64,000 bases of DNA. Origin: an uncultured delta proteobacterium. Its GTDB lineage: Bacteria; Myxococcota_A; Polyangia; Polyangiales; Polyangiaceae. This document shows, piece by piece, positions 19,230 to 31,202 of this stretch. A program made the position numbers and the translations under genes. The DNA lies in the NCBI GenBank assembly GCA_963782055.1, contig CAWAIF010000003.1, positions 128,001-192,000 of the forward strand, read 5' to 3'. The notes beneath the pieces were generated by a model, which was not told the DNA's origin, did no database searches, and saw only the letters and a program-made list of their open reading frames with translations. Each line of letters opens with the position of its first letter. Positions within the stretch are counted from its first letter, which is position 1.

Positions 19230-19967
19230 CTACACGCCGATGAAGAGGCGGTGGGCGAAGTTGCGCTCCAGCCGCGCGCGCAGCACCTTGTCGGCCGCGA
19301 GCTCGATGTCGTACTCGATGCGCTTGAACTCGAAGCGCTTCTTCTCGGAGTCGAAGATGGTGAAGCTCGCGCGGTTGTCGAAGTCGCGCGGCTGGCCGAC
19401 GCTCCCGACGGAGACGATGTACTTCTTGTCCGGCTCCAGCTCGAAGTCCATCGACGGCAGCTCCTCGACCGAGGTCTTGGTGAGCGCGAAGACCTTGCAC
19501 AGGTGCGAGTGGCCGATGAGCGTGAGGTGGCCGAGCTTCTCCCAGATGGAGAGGCACTCGCGCGCCTGCTCGGGGGCGAAGATGTACTCGAACTCCTCCA
19601 GCCGCACCGGCGAGCCGTGGCAGAGCAGGACGTCGGCGTCCTCCAGCCGCTCCTGGTAGGGCAGCGACTTCAGCCAGGTCATGTTCTCCGGGGTGAGGCA
19701 CGCGGCGTGGGCGTCCAGCGCGTGGCGCGCGGCCTCGTAGTAGTACGAGTAGTCCATGCGCCCGGAGACCGCGGCGTCGTGGTTGCCGAGGATGGTCTTC
19801 TTCGCGAGCTCCCGGACGAGATCGGCGCACTCGTTGGGGGAGCCGCCGTAGCCGACGGTGTCGCCGAGGCAGTAGTAAACGTCCACGTTCTCGGGCCGGT
19901 AGGCCTCCAGGACGGCGCTCAGAGCTTCGTAGTTGGCGTGCACGTCGCTGAAGATGCCTAGGCGCAT
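19230..19967 (-). CDS. calcineurin-like metallophosphoesterase
   Basis: SDVHAN, LGDTVGYG, GNHD, HGSP, GHSH, GSVGQPRD. Confidence 0.93.
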   Translation of the reverse strand: MRLGIFSDVHANYEALSAVLEAYRPENVDVYYCLGDTVGYGGSPNECADLVRELAKKTILGNHDAAVSGRMDYSYYYEAARHALDAHAACLTPENMTWLKSLPYQERLEDADVLLCHGSPVRLEEFEYIFAPEQARECLSIWEKLGHLTLIGHSHLCKVFALTKTSVEELPSMDFELEPDKKYIVSVGSVGQPRDFDNRASFTIFDSEKKRFEFKRIEYDIELAADKVLRARLERNFAHRLFIGV

Positions 19968-20037
19968 GGAGAATCCCTAGGCTACGGGGATCGGGGCCAA
20001 AACGCCAGCCGTGCGGCTGGCGTGCTACACGGACGGC

Positions 20038-20709
20038 ATGGCAACCGACGACAGCGGGCGCGGCCTGAACGGCGCCTCCCACGGGGCGAGCGGGGATGAC
20101 GCCGCGGACGATGACCAGGGGGAGGTCTACGAGGAGATCACCCTCACCGAGGTGGAGACGGCGGCCCCGCCGGAGGCCGTGGCCGAGCTGGTCGCCGCGT
20201 GCGTCCGCTTCGCCGGGAGCAAGTACGGGGTCGCGCTGGACTTCTCGCCGGAGTCGCTGGCGATCGTGGACCAGTACGTGCGCGACTCCCGCGGGGACGT
20301 CACGGTCCAGGCGGAGAACGCGCTGCCGCTCGTGGCGGGCGCGGTCGGGGCGTACCTGGGGGAGGTCGTGCGGCGGCACTTCGGCGGCTACTGGTTCGCC
20401 GAGGGGGAGTGGGAGGGCTGGCGGTTGATGCTGAGCCGGGCCTACCTCGCCTTCAACCCGGTGGGCATGGCCCTGGAGGCGCTCACCGTGGCGGACGTGG
20501 AGGGATGGGGGACGCACCTGGTGCTGGACCCGGGCGAGGCGGAGGCCGTCGCCGCGCGGCTGGCGGTCCTGCCGCAGGTGGACGAGGAGGAGTACTTCGC
20601 CCCGAGCACCCGCTTCGAGGTCGTGGAGCTCGCGTTCGAGGCCATCCGCCGCAAGATGCACGACGCTCACACGTCCGACGTCGTCTTCACCCCGGAAGAC
20701 TACGCGTAG
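20038..20709 (+). CDS. acidic hypothetical protein (DUF3806-like)
   Basis: LDFSPESLAIVD…GAYLGEVVRR..GG.W pattern; strong codon bias. Confidence 0.7.
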   Translation: MATDDSGRGLNGASHGASGDDAADDDQGEVYEEITLTEVETAAPPEAVAELVAACVRFAGSKYGVALDFSPESLAIVDQYVRDSRGDVTVQAENALPLVAGAVGAYLGEVVRRHFGGYWFAEGEWEGWRLMLSRAYLAFNPVGMALEALTVADVEGWGTHLVLDPGEAEAVAARLAVLPQVDEEEYFAPSTRFEVVELAFEAIRRKMHDAHTSDVVFTPEDYA

Positions 20710-21959
20710 TGCGCCGGCTCGCGGTCCTGCTCGCGGTGTGTGCGGCGTGTCACACGCCGGACAAGCCGCCCGATCCGGTGGTCGACCCGGACGCGCAGGC
20801 CAGCCCGCAGGCCAACGCGCAGCCGGCGCCGCTGACGGCGCCCTTCACGCCGGCGAGCGGCACCGCGTCGCCGGAGGGCGGCCCGCCGCCGCTGCCGCTG
20901 CGCGGCGATCACGCCATCGATCCGGACAACAGCTTCAGCACGAAGGACGTCGCCGGCTACACCATGCTCGCCACGCTTCGCGTGCCGGACATGCCGCCGG
21001 TCACCAAGGCGCCGGAGGTCTCCTCCGCGACAATCGAGGCCGCCCGCAAGGAGAATGACCCGCGCCTGGAGATCGAGCTCACCGCCACGCGGCTCCGCGT
21101 CGAGTTCGTGAGCGGCGGCTTCCTCCTGCCGTTGCAGTCGGAGATCCGCGCGCGGAGCGACCGCTACGGGCACGTGTACGTCTCGCCCGACGCGTCCACG
21201 TATCGCGTCCTCGCGCCCGGGGCGCTGCGCGCGCTGCTCGGCGAGCGCCGGATGGACGTCTCCCCCCTCTCGCCGGCGGAGGTGGAGTCGCACGGGGAAG
21301 GCAGCCGTCGGCTGGGCCTGAAGACGAGGCGGGTGGAGGTCTCCACGCGCGCCGCCAAGGGGACCTTCGAGCTGGCGCGGGTGGCCGAGCTGGGCGACGG
21401 CGGGGACCTCCTCGGCCGCGCCCTGCTGGACCTCATGAACGCCGCGCCCTCCACGCCGCTCTGCGGCCAGGACGAGGTGCCGCTGCACGCCGAGCTGCGC
21501 TGGACCACCCGGGGCGCGATCGTGTTCGACGCCAACGCCATCGCGCGGAGGGTGGACCTCTCCGCGAGCGGGATGACGGTGCCGCCACCCGGCGGGACGT
21601 TCGTCGCCGGGCCGCTCCCACCCACCGCGGGGGAGCTGCGCGTGCGCCCGCAGGAGCTGCTCGCGCTGCACACCGCGGCCCTGGACGTGGGGACAGCGGC
21701 GCCGCCGCCCGCGGCGGGCGCCTCGCCGCGCGCGTCGCTGGCGCTCTACAACGGTGCGGACTCGCCGCGCGTGGTGTGGCTGGACGGCGCGCCGGTGGCG
21801 TGGGTCGCGCCGGGCGGGCGCCTGCAGCTCGATGGCCTGTGGCGCGGCCCCTACCAGGTGGAGTGGCGGAGCTTCCTGGGAGACGCGGCCGAGCCGCCGC
21901 GCACCGTCATCGTCCCGGGCGCCGCCAACCTGGGCGTCGTCGACGGCGGCGCGCGCTGA
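20709..21959 (+). CDS. predicted lipoprotein, unknown function
   Basis: GTG overlaps upstream stop; MRRLAVLLAVCAAC lipobox; Pro-rich linker. Confidence 0.75.
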   Translation: MRRLAVLLAVCAACHTPDKPPDPVVDPDAQASPQANAQPAPLTAPFTPASGTASPEGGPPPLPLRGDHAIDPDNSFSTKDVAGYTMLATLRVPDMPPVTKAPEVSSATIEAARKENDPRLEIELTATRLRVEFVSGGFLLPLQSEIRARSDRYGHVYVSPDASTYRVLAPGALRALLGERRMDVSPLSPAEVESHGEGSRRLGLKTRRVEVSTRAAKGTFELARVAELGDGGDLLGRALLDLMNAAPSTPLCGQDEVPLHAELRWTTRGAIVFDANAIARRVDLSASGMTVPPPGGTFVAGPLPPTAGELRVRPQELLALHTAALDVGTAAPPPAAGASPRASLALYNGADSPRVVWLDGAPVAWVAPGGRLQLDGLWRGPYQVEWRSFLGDAAEPPRTVIVPGAANLGVVDGGAR

Positions 21960-22004
21960 AGAGGCGTCCAGGAATCGGAATCGTGCGACGAGGCCGCGCC
22001 CGGC

Positions 22005-22745
22005 TCACCTCACGAAGTCTGCGATGATGCGGACCTCGGGGTGCGGCGCAGGGGCGCCGGGCAGGTGCTGCGTATCCACCAGTACGCTCCGCGCGCCCTG
22101 GAAGTGCTCGAGCAGGACGTTGCAGTTGCCCGGCTCGTTGTCGAAGACCGCCACGACGCGGCCGACGCGGGCGAGGCGCGGGCCCTCCATGCGCTTGAAC
22201 GCCTCGTCGGACATGGCGGCGTCGGGCTTGAGCACCAGCTCGGTACCGGCGACGCCGATGGGGAAGCCGAGATCGCGCAGGCTCGCGAAGGAGCCGAGGC
22301 CCATGAGCGGGAGATCTCGCCCGGTGAAGTAGGCCAGGACCCCGCCGGCCTCGTAGCAGGCGCGCGCGAACTCGGAGGCGCCCCCGACGGGCACGTCGTG
22401 CTTGAGGTAGGCGTCGGTGAAGAAGCGGTCGCGCCAGAAGACCTCCGCCTCCCCCACCAGGTCCACGCGGGTCACGCCCAGCCTGGCGAGCGACGCGGTG
22501 AGCAGGTACTCCAGGTCCGCTGGCTTGACGGCGAGCAGGCGCTCGGCCGTGGCCGGCTCGCGAGCGCGCCACGTCTCCCCCAGCTCGTGGAGGATGGCGC
22601 AGGTGCGCGGGCGGTTGTCCATGAGCGTGCCGTCCAGGTCGAAGACGACGACGGGCGAGCCGCCCTCGGCGCTGCCTGCGCAGCGCGCGACAATCTCGCG
22701 AAGCAGGGCGGACTGGTCGGCGGGGGAGAGGCGATCGTAGGGCAT
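22005..22745 (-). CDS. HAD-superfamily hydrolase/phosphatase
   Basis: VVFDLDGTLMD, YFTGR, K, VFDNEPGN motifs. Confidence 0.88.
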   Translation of the reverse strand: MPYDRLSPADQSALLREIVARCAGSAEGGSPVVVFDLDGTLMDNRPRTCAILHELGETWRAREPATAERLLAVKPADLEYLLTASLARLGVTRVDLVGEAEVFWRDRFFTDAYLKHDVPVGGASEFARACYEAGGVLAYFTGRDLPLMGLGSFASLRDLGFPIGVAGTELVLKPDAAMSDEAFKRMEGPRLARVGRVVAVFDNEPGNCNVLLEHFQGARSVLVDTQHLPGAPAPHPEVRIIADFVR

Positions 22746-22807
22746 GGGCAGCTGGCGCTTTTACCAGAAAGCGCCCCAGGCCCGAAGCGTTTGGTGGCTG
22801 CGGCCCC

Positions 22808-23926
22808 TCAGCCAAAAAGGTCGCGGAGCTTCTCCATGAAGGAGCGGCGCTCCGGCTGCACTTCCTCGCCCAGCTCCTTCGCGAGCAGCTCGACCACCTC
22901 CCGCTGGCGGGCGGTCAGCTTCTGCGGCACCTCGATGGTGACCTCGGTGAGCTGGTCGCCGCGGCCGAGGCCGGTGCGGCGGGGGATGCCCTTCTGCTTG
23001 AGGCGCAGCACGGTGCCCGGCTGCGTCCCGGCGGGCACCTTCATCTTCGCCTTGCCGTCCAGGGTGGGGACCTCCACCTCGCCGCCGATCGCCGCCTGCG
23101 TGAAGGTGATGGGCACGTGGCAGAGCACATCGTCCCCGTTGCGCTTGAAGAAGGTGTGCGGCTGGACCTGGATGTGGAGCTCCAGGTCGCCCGGAGAGGC
23201 GTTGGGCCGCGGGCGGTTGCCGGCGCCGGCGATGAGGCGCGTGGCGCCATGCTCCACGCCCGCCGGGACGGTCACGTTGATCGTGTTGTGCCCGACCACC
23301 AGGCCGCTGCCGCGGCAGGTGCGGCATGGGTCGGTCACGATGCGCCCGCTGCCACGGCAGCGCGAGCAGGTGCGCTCGACCGCGATCGGGAGGATGCCTT
23401 GCTGGAAGCGCACGCGGCCGCGGCCGTTGCAGGCAGGGCACGTCTCCGGCGCGCTCCCCGGGGCGGAGGCCGAGCCCTTGCACTCACCGCAGGTCACCAC
23501 GTGGTCGTAGGTGAGCTTCTTCTCGCAGCCGAAGGCGGCCTCCTCGAAGGTCAGCTCCAGCTCGCGCTTGAGATCGCCGCGCTCGCCCCGGCCCACGCCG
23601 AAGACGCCGAGCAGGTCCCCCAGGATGCCGTCGATCGCGATGTCGCTGATGTCCACCACGCCGCCGGCGAAGGGGCCGTTGGGGCCGAAGGGCGAGCCCG
23701 ACTCCTCGGCGCGGTGGCCGAAGCGGTCGTACATGGCGCGGCGCTGCGGATCGCCGATGACCTGGTAGGCGGCGTTGATCTCCTTGAAGCGCACGCTCGC
23801 GCTCGGATCATCCGGGTTCTTGTCCGGGTGGTGCTGGGCCGCCAGGCGGCGAAAGGACAGCTTGATCTCCGCCTGCGTCGCGTTGCGCTCGACGGCGAGC
23901 ACCTCGTAATGGTCCCGTTCCGGCAT
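22808..23926 (-). CDS. dnaJ: molecular chaperone DnaJ (class A)
   Basis: J domain with HPD, G/F region, four CxxCxGx(G) zinc motifs, C-terminal VPTLDG/PAGTQPG domains. Confidence 0.93.
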   Translation of the reverse strand: MPERDHYEVLAVERNATQAEIKLSFRRLAAQHHPDKNPDDPSASVRFKEINAAYQVIGDPQRRAMYDRFGHRAEESGSPFGPNGPFAGGVVDISDIAIDGILGDLLGVFGVGRGERGDLKRELELTFEEAAFGCEKKLTYDHVVTCGECKGSASAPGSAPETCPACNGRGRVRFQQGILPIAVERTCSRCRGSGRIVTDPCRTCRGSGLVVGHNTINVTVPAGVEHGATRLIAGAGNRPRPNASPGDLELHIQVQPHTFFKRNGDDVLCHVPITFTQAAIGGEVEVPTLDGKAKMKVPAGTQPGTVLRLKQKGIPRRTGLGRGDQLTEVTIEVPQKLTARQREVVELLAKELGEEVQPERRSFMEKLRDLFG

Positions 23927-24143
23927 CGACAACCTCCCGGCGTAGCACATCTCGGCCCGGACGCCGACCGAGGCCCGGCTCGAGCCTTCCGGGCGGGGGG
24001 GGGCCCGTGGACGGAATGACTACGAACCGCGCTGCGCGGCTTCGCGCGAACGGAGTCGTCGCCGGAGGTTCACCGGCCTGTGAGCTCGCCGACTTGCGGG
24101 CGCGTCAGGGTGGCCCCCGGTTTGCTTGACTCACTCGCGTGAC

Positions 24144-25268
24144 ATGGAGACCACAAGCATGACGGACCTGCTCGTCGTGTACTCGCCTGTCGGCGGCGGC
24201 CACAAGGCGGCGGCGCTCGCGCTCGCCGAGGCGGGCCGGGCGCGCGGCTGGTCGGTGGAGACCCGAGACCTCTTCGAGTTCGCCCCGCGCGTGGTGGGCG
24301 ACGCCTACCTGGCCACCCACCTCACGTGGACGGGCCGCTCCCCGGAGACGTACGGCAACGCGTACTTCTCCTCCAACTACCGCGGCGGCCCGCTCGAGCC
24401 GCTTCGCCTCAAGCTGGACCAGCTCCTCTTCGCGCCGCTGCGGGCGGAGGTGCGCGCGCTCCGGCCGCGCGTGGTCGTGGCGACGCACCACCTGCCGCTC
24501 GTCGTGCTCGGGCGCGAGCGCCGCAAGGGGCGCCTCGGCGCGCCGGTGCTGTGCACCGTCACCGACTACACCGCGCACGCGGTCTGGGCCGAGCGGGGCG
24601 TGGACGCATTCTGCGTCGGGGCCGACCTGGCCCGGCGGGAGCTTGGGCTGCACGGCGTCCCGGCGTCGCGCATCGTGCGCACAGGCATCCCGGTGCGCGA
24701 GGCCTTCGAGCGGGTGGCGCCGGTGCGCGCGCCGCGCCCAAGGGAGCCGCTGCGCGTGCTCGTCACCAGCGGCGGCTTCGGCGTGGGGCCGCTCTCGCGC
24801 ATCGTGCGCTCCCTCGCCGGCGTGCCCGACGTGGCGCTCACCGTCGTGTGCGGCGCGTCGAAGGAGCTGCGCGCCCGGGTGGAGCGCGAGGTGCGCGCGG
24901 CGGGCGTCGCCGCGCGCGTCATCGGCTTCGAGTCGGACATGCCCGCGCGCGTGGCGGAGGCGCACGTGGTCGTCGGCAAGGCGGGCGGCCTGACGGTCTC
25001 GGAGTCGCTCACGGCGGGCCGCGCGATGATCATCGTCGGCGCGGTGCCCGGCAACGAGACGATCAACGAGGCCTTCGTCGCCACCGGCGGCGCCGGTCAC
25101 GCCGCGTCGCCAGAGGACGTGGGCGCGGTGCTCGCCGCGATGCGCGCGCGCGGCGACGTGGCCGTCATGGGCGCCCGCGCGAGGTCGCTGGTGATGCACG
25201 ACGCCGCGGCGCGCGTCCTCGCGTGCGCGCGGGCGATGACCGCCGGCCCTTCGCGTCGCGCGGCCTGA
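24144..25268 (+). CDS. MGDG-synthase/UgtP-like glycosyltransferase (GT28)
   Basis: GGGHKAAA, VTDY..H..W, TGIPVR..F, VVCG, KAGGLTVSESL, PGNE..N. Confidence 0.88.
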   Translation: METTSMTDLLVVYSPVGGGHKAAALALAEAGRARGWSVETRDLFEFAPRVVGDAYLATHLTWTGRSPETYGNAYFSSNYRGGPLEPLRLKLDQLLFAPLRAEVRALRPRVVVATHHLPLVVLGRERRKGRLGAPVLCTVTDYTAHAVWAERGVDAFCVGADLARRELGLHGVPASRIVRTGIPVREAFERVAPVRAPRPREPLRVLVTSGGFGVGPLSRIVRSLAGVPDVALTVVCGASKELRARVEREVRAAGVAARVIGFESDMPARVAEAHVVVGKAGGLTVSESLTAGRAMIIVGAVPGNETINEAFVATGGAGHAASPEDVGAVLAAMRARGDVAVMGARARSLVMHDAAARVLACARAMTAGPSRRAA

Positions 25269-25271
25269 GGC

Positions 25272-26204
25272 TCAGGCCCCGTCCGGTCGCGAGCGCGGCG
25301 CGCCGCCCAGGTCCATCAGACGGTCCATGTCCCGCTCATGCTCGCCGCAGGCCTCCTCGTAGCCTTGCTTAATCATCCGGCGGATGGCTGCCGGGTCGAA
25401 GTCCAGCGGGTCCTGGTCGATGGGCGTGCGCGGCGAGAAGAGGCGGACCCGCACGTGGCGGTGGGCCGTCGCGTCCAGCTTCGCCAGGTGGTTCTTCAGG
25501 CCGCAGATCTGGATGTCGGCGCGCATGATCTGATCCGCCAGGACGTCGAGGGCTCGCACGGCGAGGCCGGGGAGGGCCGCCTTGTGGCGGGGATCGAAGG
25601 GGACGCGCGCGAAGGGATCCCAGCACATCAGGACGTCGATCTCGTCGGCGCCCGCGTCGATCGCCTGCCCGAGCGGCGTCACGTTGCGCATCCCGCCGTC
25701 CGCCCACGGCTCGTCGTGGATGTGGACCGGCGAGAGCATGACCGGGAAGGCGGAAGACGCGGCGACCCACCGGTGGAGGTGAGGCTCGCCTTCGCTCACC
25801 ACCCGCACCTCGCCGGACTTCCAGGACACCGAGACGACGCGGAGCTTGCGGCCCGAGCGCGCCACCTTCTTCTCGTCCAGCTGCTCCCGGATCCACTTCT
25901 GCAGGGGTCTGGAGTTGTAGATCGACGGCTTCCAGAGCGCGGAGAGCACGCCGAAGGGGAGCCAGTGCCGCTTGATGCGGCCGTTGTTCACGCCCAACCA
26001 GAGGGCCTCCAGGTCCGCGAAGGCCTTCTGCAGCGCGTCGGGCTCGCCCTTCGGCGTCTGGGCGAGGAAGGCGGCGTTGATCGCCCCCACGGAGGTGCCG
26101 CAGAGCAGATCGTAGTCGCCGCCGTCGTCGGCGAGCAGCTTGCGCAGCACGCCGACCTGGTAGGCCCCCCTCACGCCACCACCGGACATCACGAGCGCGC
26201 GCAT
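25272..26204 (-). CDS. patatin-like phospholipase
   Basis: SGGGVRGAYQVG, GTSVG, ASSAFP, DGG motifs. Confidence 0.92.
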   Translation of the reverse strand: MRALVMSGGGVRGAYQVGVLRKLLADDGGDYDLLCGTSVGAINAAFLAQTPKGEPDALQKAFADLEALWLGVNNGRIKRHWLPFGVLSALWKPSIYNSRPLQKWIREQLDEKKVARSGRKLRVVSVSWKSGEVRVVSEGEPHLHRWVAASSAFPVMLSPVHIHDEPWADGGMRNVTPLGQAIDAGADEIDVLMCWDPFARVPFDPRHKAALPGLAVRALDVLADQIMRADIQICGLKNHLAKLDATAHRHVRVRLFSPRTPIDQDPLDFDPAAIRRMIKQGYEEACGEHERDMDRLMDLGGAPRSRPDGA

Positions 26205-26257
26205 CGTCGTCTCTCCCCGTTGACCCGCGCGACGGTACTCCGGCCCTGGTGTGGAGG

Positions 26258-27625
26258 CTAGTTGCAGCCAGTCTTTCCCTGCCGGAAGCGGAGCAAGAGC
26301 TCCGGCAGCCGCTCCGCCCAGAAGGGCCAGTCGTGCTGCGCGTTCGCGGCCTCGACGTACTCCACGTCGTAGCCCTGCTTGGACAGCGTGTCGTTCATCG
26401 AGCGGACCACGTCGCAGTTGTCGTCGGGGCAGCCGGTGTCCAGATAGAAGCGCACCGCGACGTGCGGCGGCTGGCCGGCGCGGGTGATCATCGCGTCGTT
26501 GTCCCAGAAGTAGGAGGCGCTCTGCGCGCCGACGTATCCCCAGTGCGCCGGCTTCTGGAAGGCCAGGTACGTCGAGATGAGGCCGCCCAGCGACGCGCCG
26601 GCGAGGCCCGTGGCGCCCGGCGTCGCGCACAGGCGGAAGCGCGCGGCGAGCGCCGGCTCCAGGTCGCCGAGCAGGAAGTCGCCGTAGGCGTCGCCCAGCG
26701 CGGTCTGCGTGCCGAAGGTGTACTCGTCGATCCGCACGCCCTGCGAGGGGAGCGCGACGAAGGCGAGCACCGCGGACGCCGCGGGGGTCTTGGCGTAGGT
26801 CGCGTCGGCGACCTGGGCGAAGCTCACCCGGGTGAGCGACTCGTTGCCGTCGTGGAAGACGAGATGCGGCAGCGGCGCGCACGAGCCGTCGTCGTAGCGC
26901 GGCGGGAGGTAGACGAAGACGTCGCGCGTGTCGCCGAGCTCGGTCGCGTGGACGCCGGACATGCGGACGATGCGCCCCTTGCTCGTGTCGCCGTCGCCGG
27001 GGTGCGCGACCGCGTTGAACTGCCCGACGCCCTGGTGGTCGATGCCGTCCCACACCACGTTCTGGGCGAGCGGGTCCTCGGTGAAGCCGGCGTCGCTCGT
27101 GCCGGAGAGGAGCTTGTACTCGTGCGAACGGCCGCGGGCGACGGTGGCGTCCAGCACGTAGAGGTCGGTGCCCGGCACCTGGGTCATCGGCTGCGCGTTG
27201 TCCTTCCAGCCGGTGAAGGTTCCGGCGACGCTCCACGGGCCCATCGGCGGCGCGCCGCGCACCAGGAAGACCAGGCGGTCGCCGGCCTCCTCCAGCGGGG
27301 TGCCGCCCTGCGCCTTCACGTCGGCGACGAGCTGATCCACGCGGGCGGGCACCGCCTGCGGCTGGAGCGTGGCGAGGTCGGCGCGGAAGTCGTCGTAGAG
27401 GCTCGTGGGCGCGGTGCGCGCCTGGGCCGCCAGCGTGCAGACCGGCCCGGGCCTGGCGTCGGCGCCGGCGTCGGCGGCCGGACCGGCGTCTGTGGTGACC
27501 GCGGCGTCGGACCCGCCCGCGTCGCCGGAGGGGATCGCCGCGCCCTCCGGCGCCCCCCCACACCCCGCCGGCAGGGCCAGTCCCGCCGCCGCGATGAGCC
27601 AGAAGAGTCCGATTTCGTGACGCAC
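26258..27625 (-). CDS. lipoprotein alpha/beta-hydrolase esterase (Fes/enterochelin-esterase-like) with N-terminal CBM48/E-set-like domain
   Basis: LALPAGC lipobox; VAGTFTGW…YKL E-set; VYLPPRY, HDG, GASLGG nucleophile, HDW. Confidence 0.82.
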   Translation of the reverse strand: MRHEIGLFWLIAAAGLALPAGCGGAPEGAAIPSGDAGGSDAAVTTDAGPAADAGADARPGPVCTLAAQARTAPTSLYDDFRADLATLQPQAVPARVDQLVADVKAQGGTPLEEAGDRLVFLVRGAPPMGPWSVAGTFTGWKDNAQPMTQVPGTDLYVLDATVARGRSHEYKLLSGTSDAGFTEDPLAQNVVWDGIDHQGVGQFNAVAHPGDGDTSKGRIVRMSGVHATELGDTRDVFVYLPPRYDDGSCAPLPHLVFHDGNESLTRVSFAQVADATYAKTPAASAVLAFVALPSQGVRIDEYTFGTQTALGDAYGDFLLGDLEPALAARFRLCATPGATGLAGASLGGLISTYLAFQKPAHWGYVGAQSASYFWDNDAMITRAGQPPHVAVRFYLDTGCPDDNCDVVRSMNDTLSKQGYDVEYVEAANAQHDWPFWAERLPELLLRFRQGKTGCN

Positions 27626-27786
27626 GGTCGAGTTACTGCCCCGGCTCCTGCCCGCAGTAAAGAGTCGTTTGCGAAAACGTCACTCAGGTGTAAGTTACGC
27701 GTTCGGCGCCGGCGGCCGCTCCTTTGCGCGCGCAAGGCGTCGCGGACGTGGCAAAAGCGGTGGGACAGCCCACCGTGAGGGACAAG

Positions 27787-29015
<1,229 letters not shown>

Positions 29016-29019
<4 letters not shown>

Positions 29020-31202
29020 GCCTCCGCGGCGCGATCCGGAAGCTGCTCGCCGCGCTGCTCGTCGTCCTCGCCTTCGGCGGGGCGTCCGGTTGCCAGGACG
29101 TGGACGCGCGCACGGTCTTCGTGTGGCACGCCTACCGTGGTGACGAGGAGCGCGCCCTCGCCGACGTGGCCCTTCGCTTCGAGGCGACGCACCCCGGCGT
29201 GCGCGTCGAGCTGCTCGCCCTGCCCTTCGAGGCCTACGCGACCAAGCTGGAGTCGGCGGTGCCGCACGGCCACGGGCCGGACGTCTTCATCGAGGCACAC
29301 GAGCGGCTGGGCACCTACCTGCGTGACGGCATCGTCGCGCCGGCGGGCGACGCCTTCCCGAAGGACGCCTCGGTCTACGACGCCACGACCATCGCCGCGG
29401 TGACGAAGGACGGCACGCGCTGGGCGGTGCCGCTCTCCACCAAGTGCGTGGCGCTCTACACCAGCACCGCGCTGGTGCCGCGCGCGCCGGAGGCGCTGGA
29501 GGACGTGCTCGACCTGCCGCTGCCGAAGGGGACCTACCCCCTCGCCTACGAGGCGGAGAGCGCCTACTACCACGCGGCCATCCTCTCCGCGTTCGGCGGG
29601 GAGCTGCTGGACGACAAGGGTCAGCTCGCCTTCGACTCCGCCGCCGGCGTGCGGTCGCTCGACTTCGTGAAGCAGCTCCTCGCTCGCCAGGCGATCCCGG
29701 AGGAGCCGTCCGGCGCGCTGGTGACGCAGCTCTTCGCCTCCGGCAAGGCGGCCGCGGTCATCGGCGGGCCGTGGCTGCGCGCCGACCTCGGGAAGAAGGT
29801 GAAGTACCGCGTGACGCCCCTCCCCGTCCTGCGCGCGGCGGGCGGCGCGCGCATGCGGCCGCTGCTGACGGTGGAGAGCGCCTTCCTCACGCCCGCGGGG
29901 GCGAAGCGCGAGCTGGCGCGGGAGTTCGTGCGCTTCCTCTCCTCGCGGCAGGGGGAGATCGTGCTCGCGACGGAGGGTCACCAGGTGGTCGCACGTCACG
30001 ACGCCTGGGACGACCCCGCCGTGGCCGGGGACACCGACCTCGCCGCCTTCCACCAGGCGGTGAAGGACGCGGTGCCCACGCCCAAGTCCACCGCGATGCA
30101 CGCGGCGTGGGAGCCCTCCAACCAGGCGATCGAGAAGGTGCTGCGCGGCGGGGACCCGAAGGCGGCGCTGGCGGAGGCGCGCGCGCGCTTCGTCGACGCC
30201 AGGAAGCCCCCGGCGGGGGCGGCCTCCCCCGGCCCGGCCTACTTGGTGCTCTCGCTGCTGCTGCTGGCGGGGGCCATCGCCGTGGTGCGCCGGGTGCGAC
30301 GCGCCTCCTTCCGGGCGGAGCTGCGGCGCTCGATGCCCGCCTACGCGTACGTCACCCACGCCGTGATCGCGGTGGTGGTGCTGGTGGTGCTCCCGCTGGT
30401 CGCCGGCGCCGTCACGTCCCTCTTCGCCGGGACCGAGCAGCACCCGCGCTACATCGGCCTCGCCAACTACATCGCCATCCTGACGGCGCGCGGGGGCGAC
30501 CTGCTCGGTCACGGGTCCTTCTACCTGACGCTGCTGGTCACCGTGCTCTGGACGGTGGTCAACGTGGCGCTGCACCTCGCCATCGGCGTGACGCTGGGCA
30601 TGCTGCTCTCCCGCCCGCTGATGCGCCTGCGCGCGGTCTACCGGGTGCTGCTCGTGCTTCCGTGGGCGGTGCCCTCGTACGTCACCGCGCTGGCCTGGAA
30701 GGGCATGTTCCACCGGCAGTTCGGCGCGGTGAACGCGCTGCTCGCGCTCGTCGGGGCGCCGCCGGTCTCCTGGTTCGCCAGGTTCTCGACGGCCTTCTCC
30801 GCCAACGTGGCGACCAACGTGTGGCTGGGCTTCCCCTTCATGATGGTCGTCACCATGGGCGCGCTGACGAGCATCCCCAAGGACGTGCTGGAGGCGGCGG
30901 AGGTGGACGGCGCGACGAAGTGGCAGCGCTTCTGGAAGGTCACCTTCCCGCTGCTGCGCCCCGCGATGCTCCCGGCGGTGCTCCTGGGCGCCATCTGGAC
31001 CTTCAACATGTTCAACGTCGTCTTCCTCGTCTCCGGCGGGCAGCCGGACGGGTCGACCGACATCCTGGTGAGCGACGCCTACCGCTGGGCGTTCACGCGC
31101 GACGCGCAGTACGGCTACGCCGCCGCGTACGGGGTGCTCATCTTCCTCCTGCTGTTCTTCGCTTCGAAGCTGAGCGCGCGCGCGCAGGCGGAGGCCACGT
31201 GA
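29016..31202 (+). CDS. fused sugar-binding protein (MalE-like) + ABC permease (MalF-like)
   Basis: Single ORF: signal/lipobox, GPDVF…G.AA..IGGPW SBP region, then TM helices with EAAEVDGA loop. Confidence 0.88.

Noticed and set aside
23995..24003. G homopolymer as a phase-variation tract
   Set aside because: Only about 9 G, intergenic, in very GC-rich DNA and not clearly within a promoter spacer
25272..27563. 763-aa patatin fusion
   Set aside because: The upstream part is an off-frame read through the esterase gene; patatin starts at 26204 with a GGGGAGAG RBS
27634..27659. Third SOS box (TACTG…CAGTA) upstream of the esterase/ABC genes
   Set aside because: The spacer is about 15 nt rather than 10
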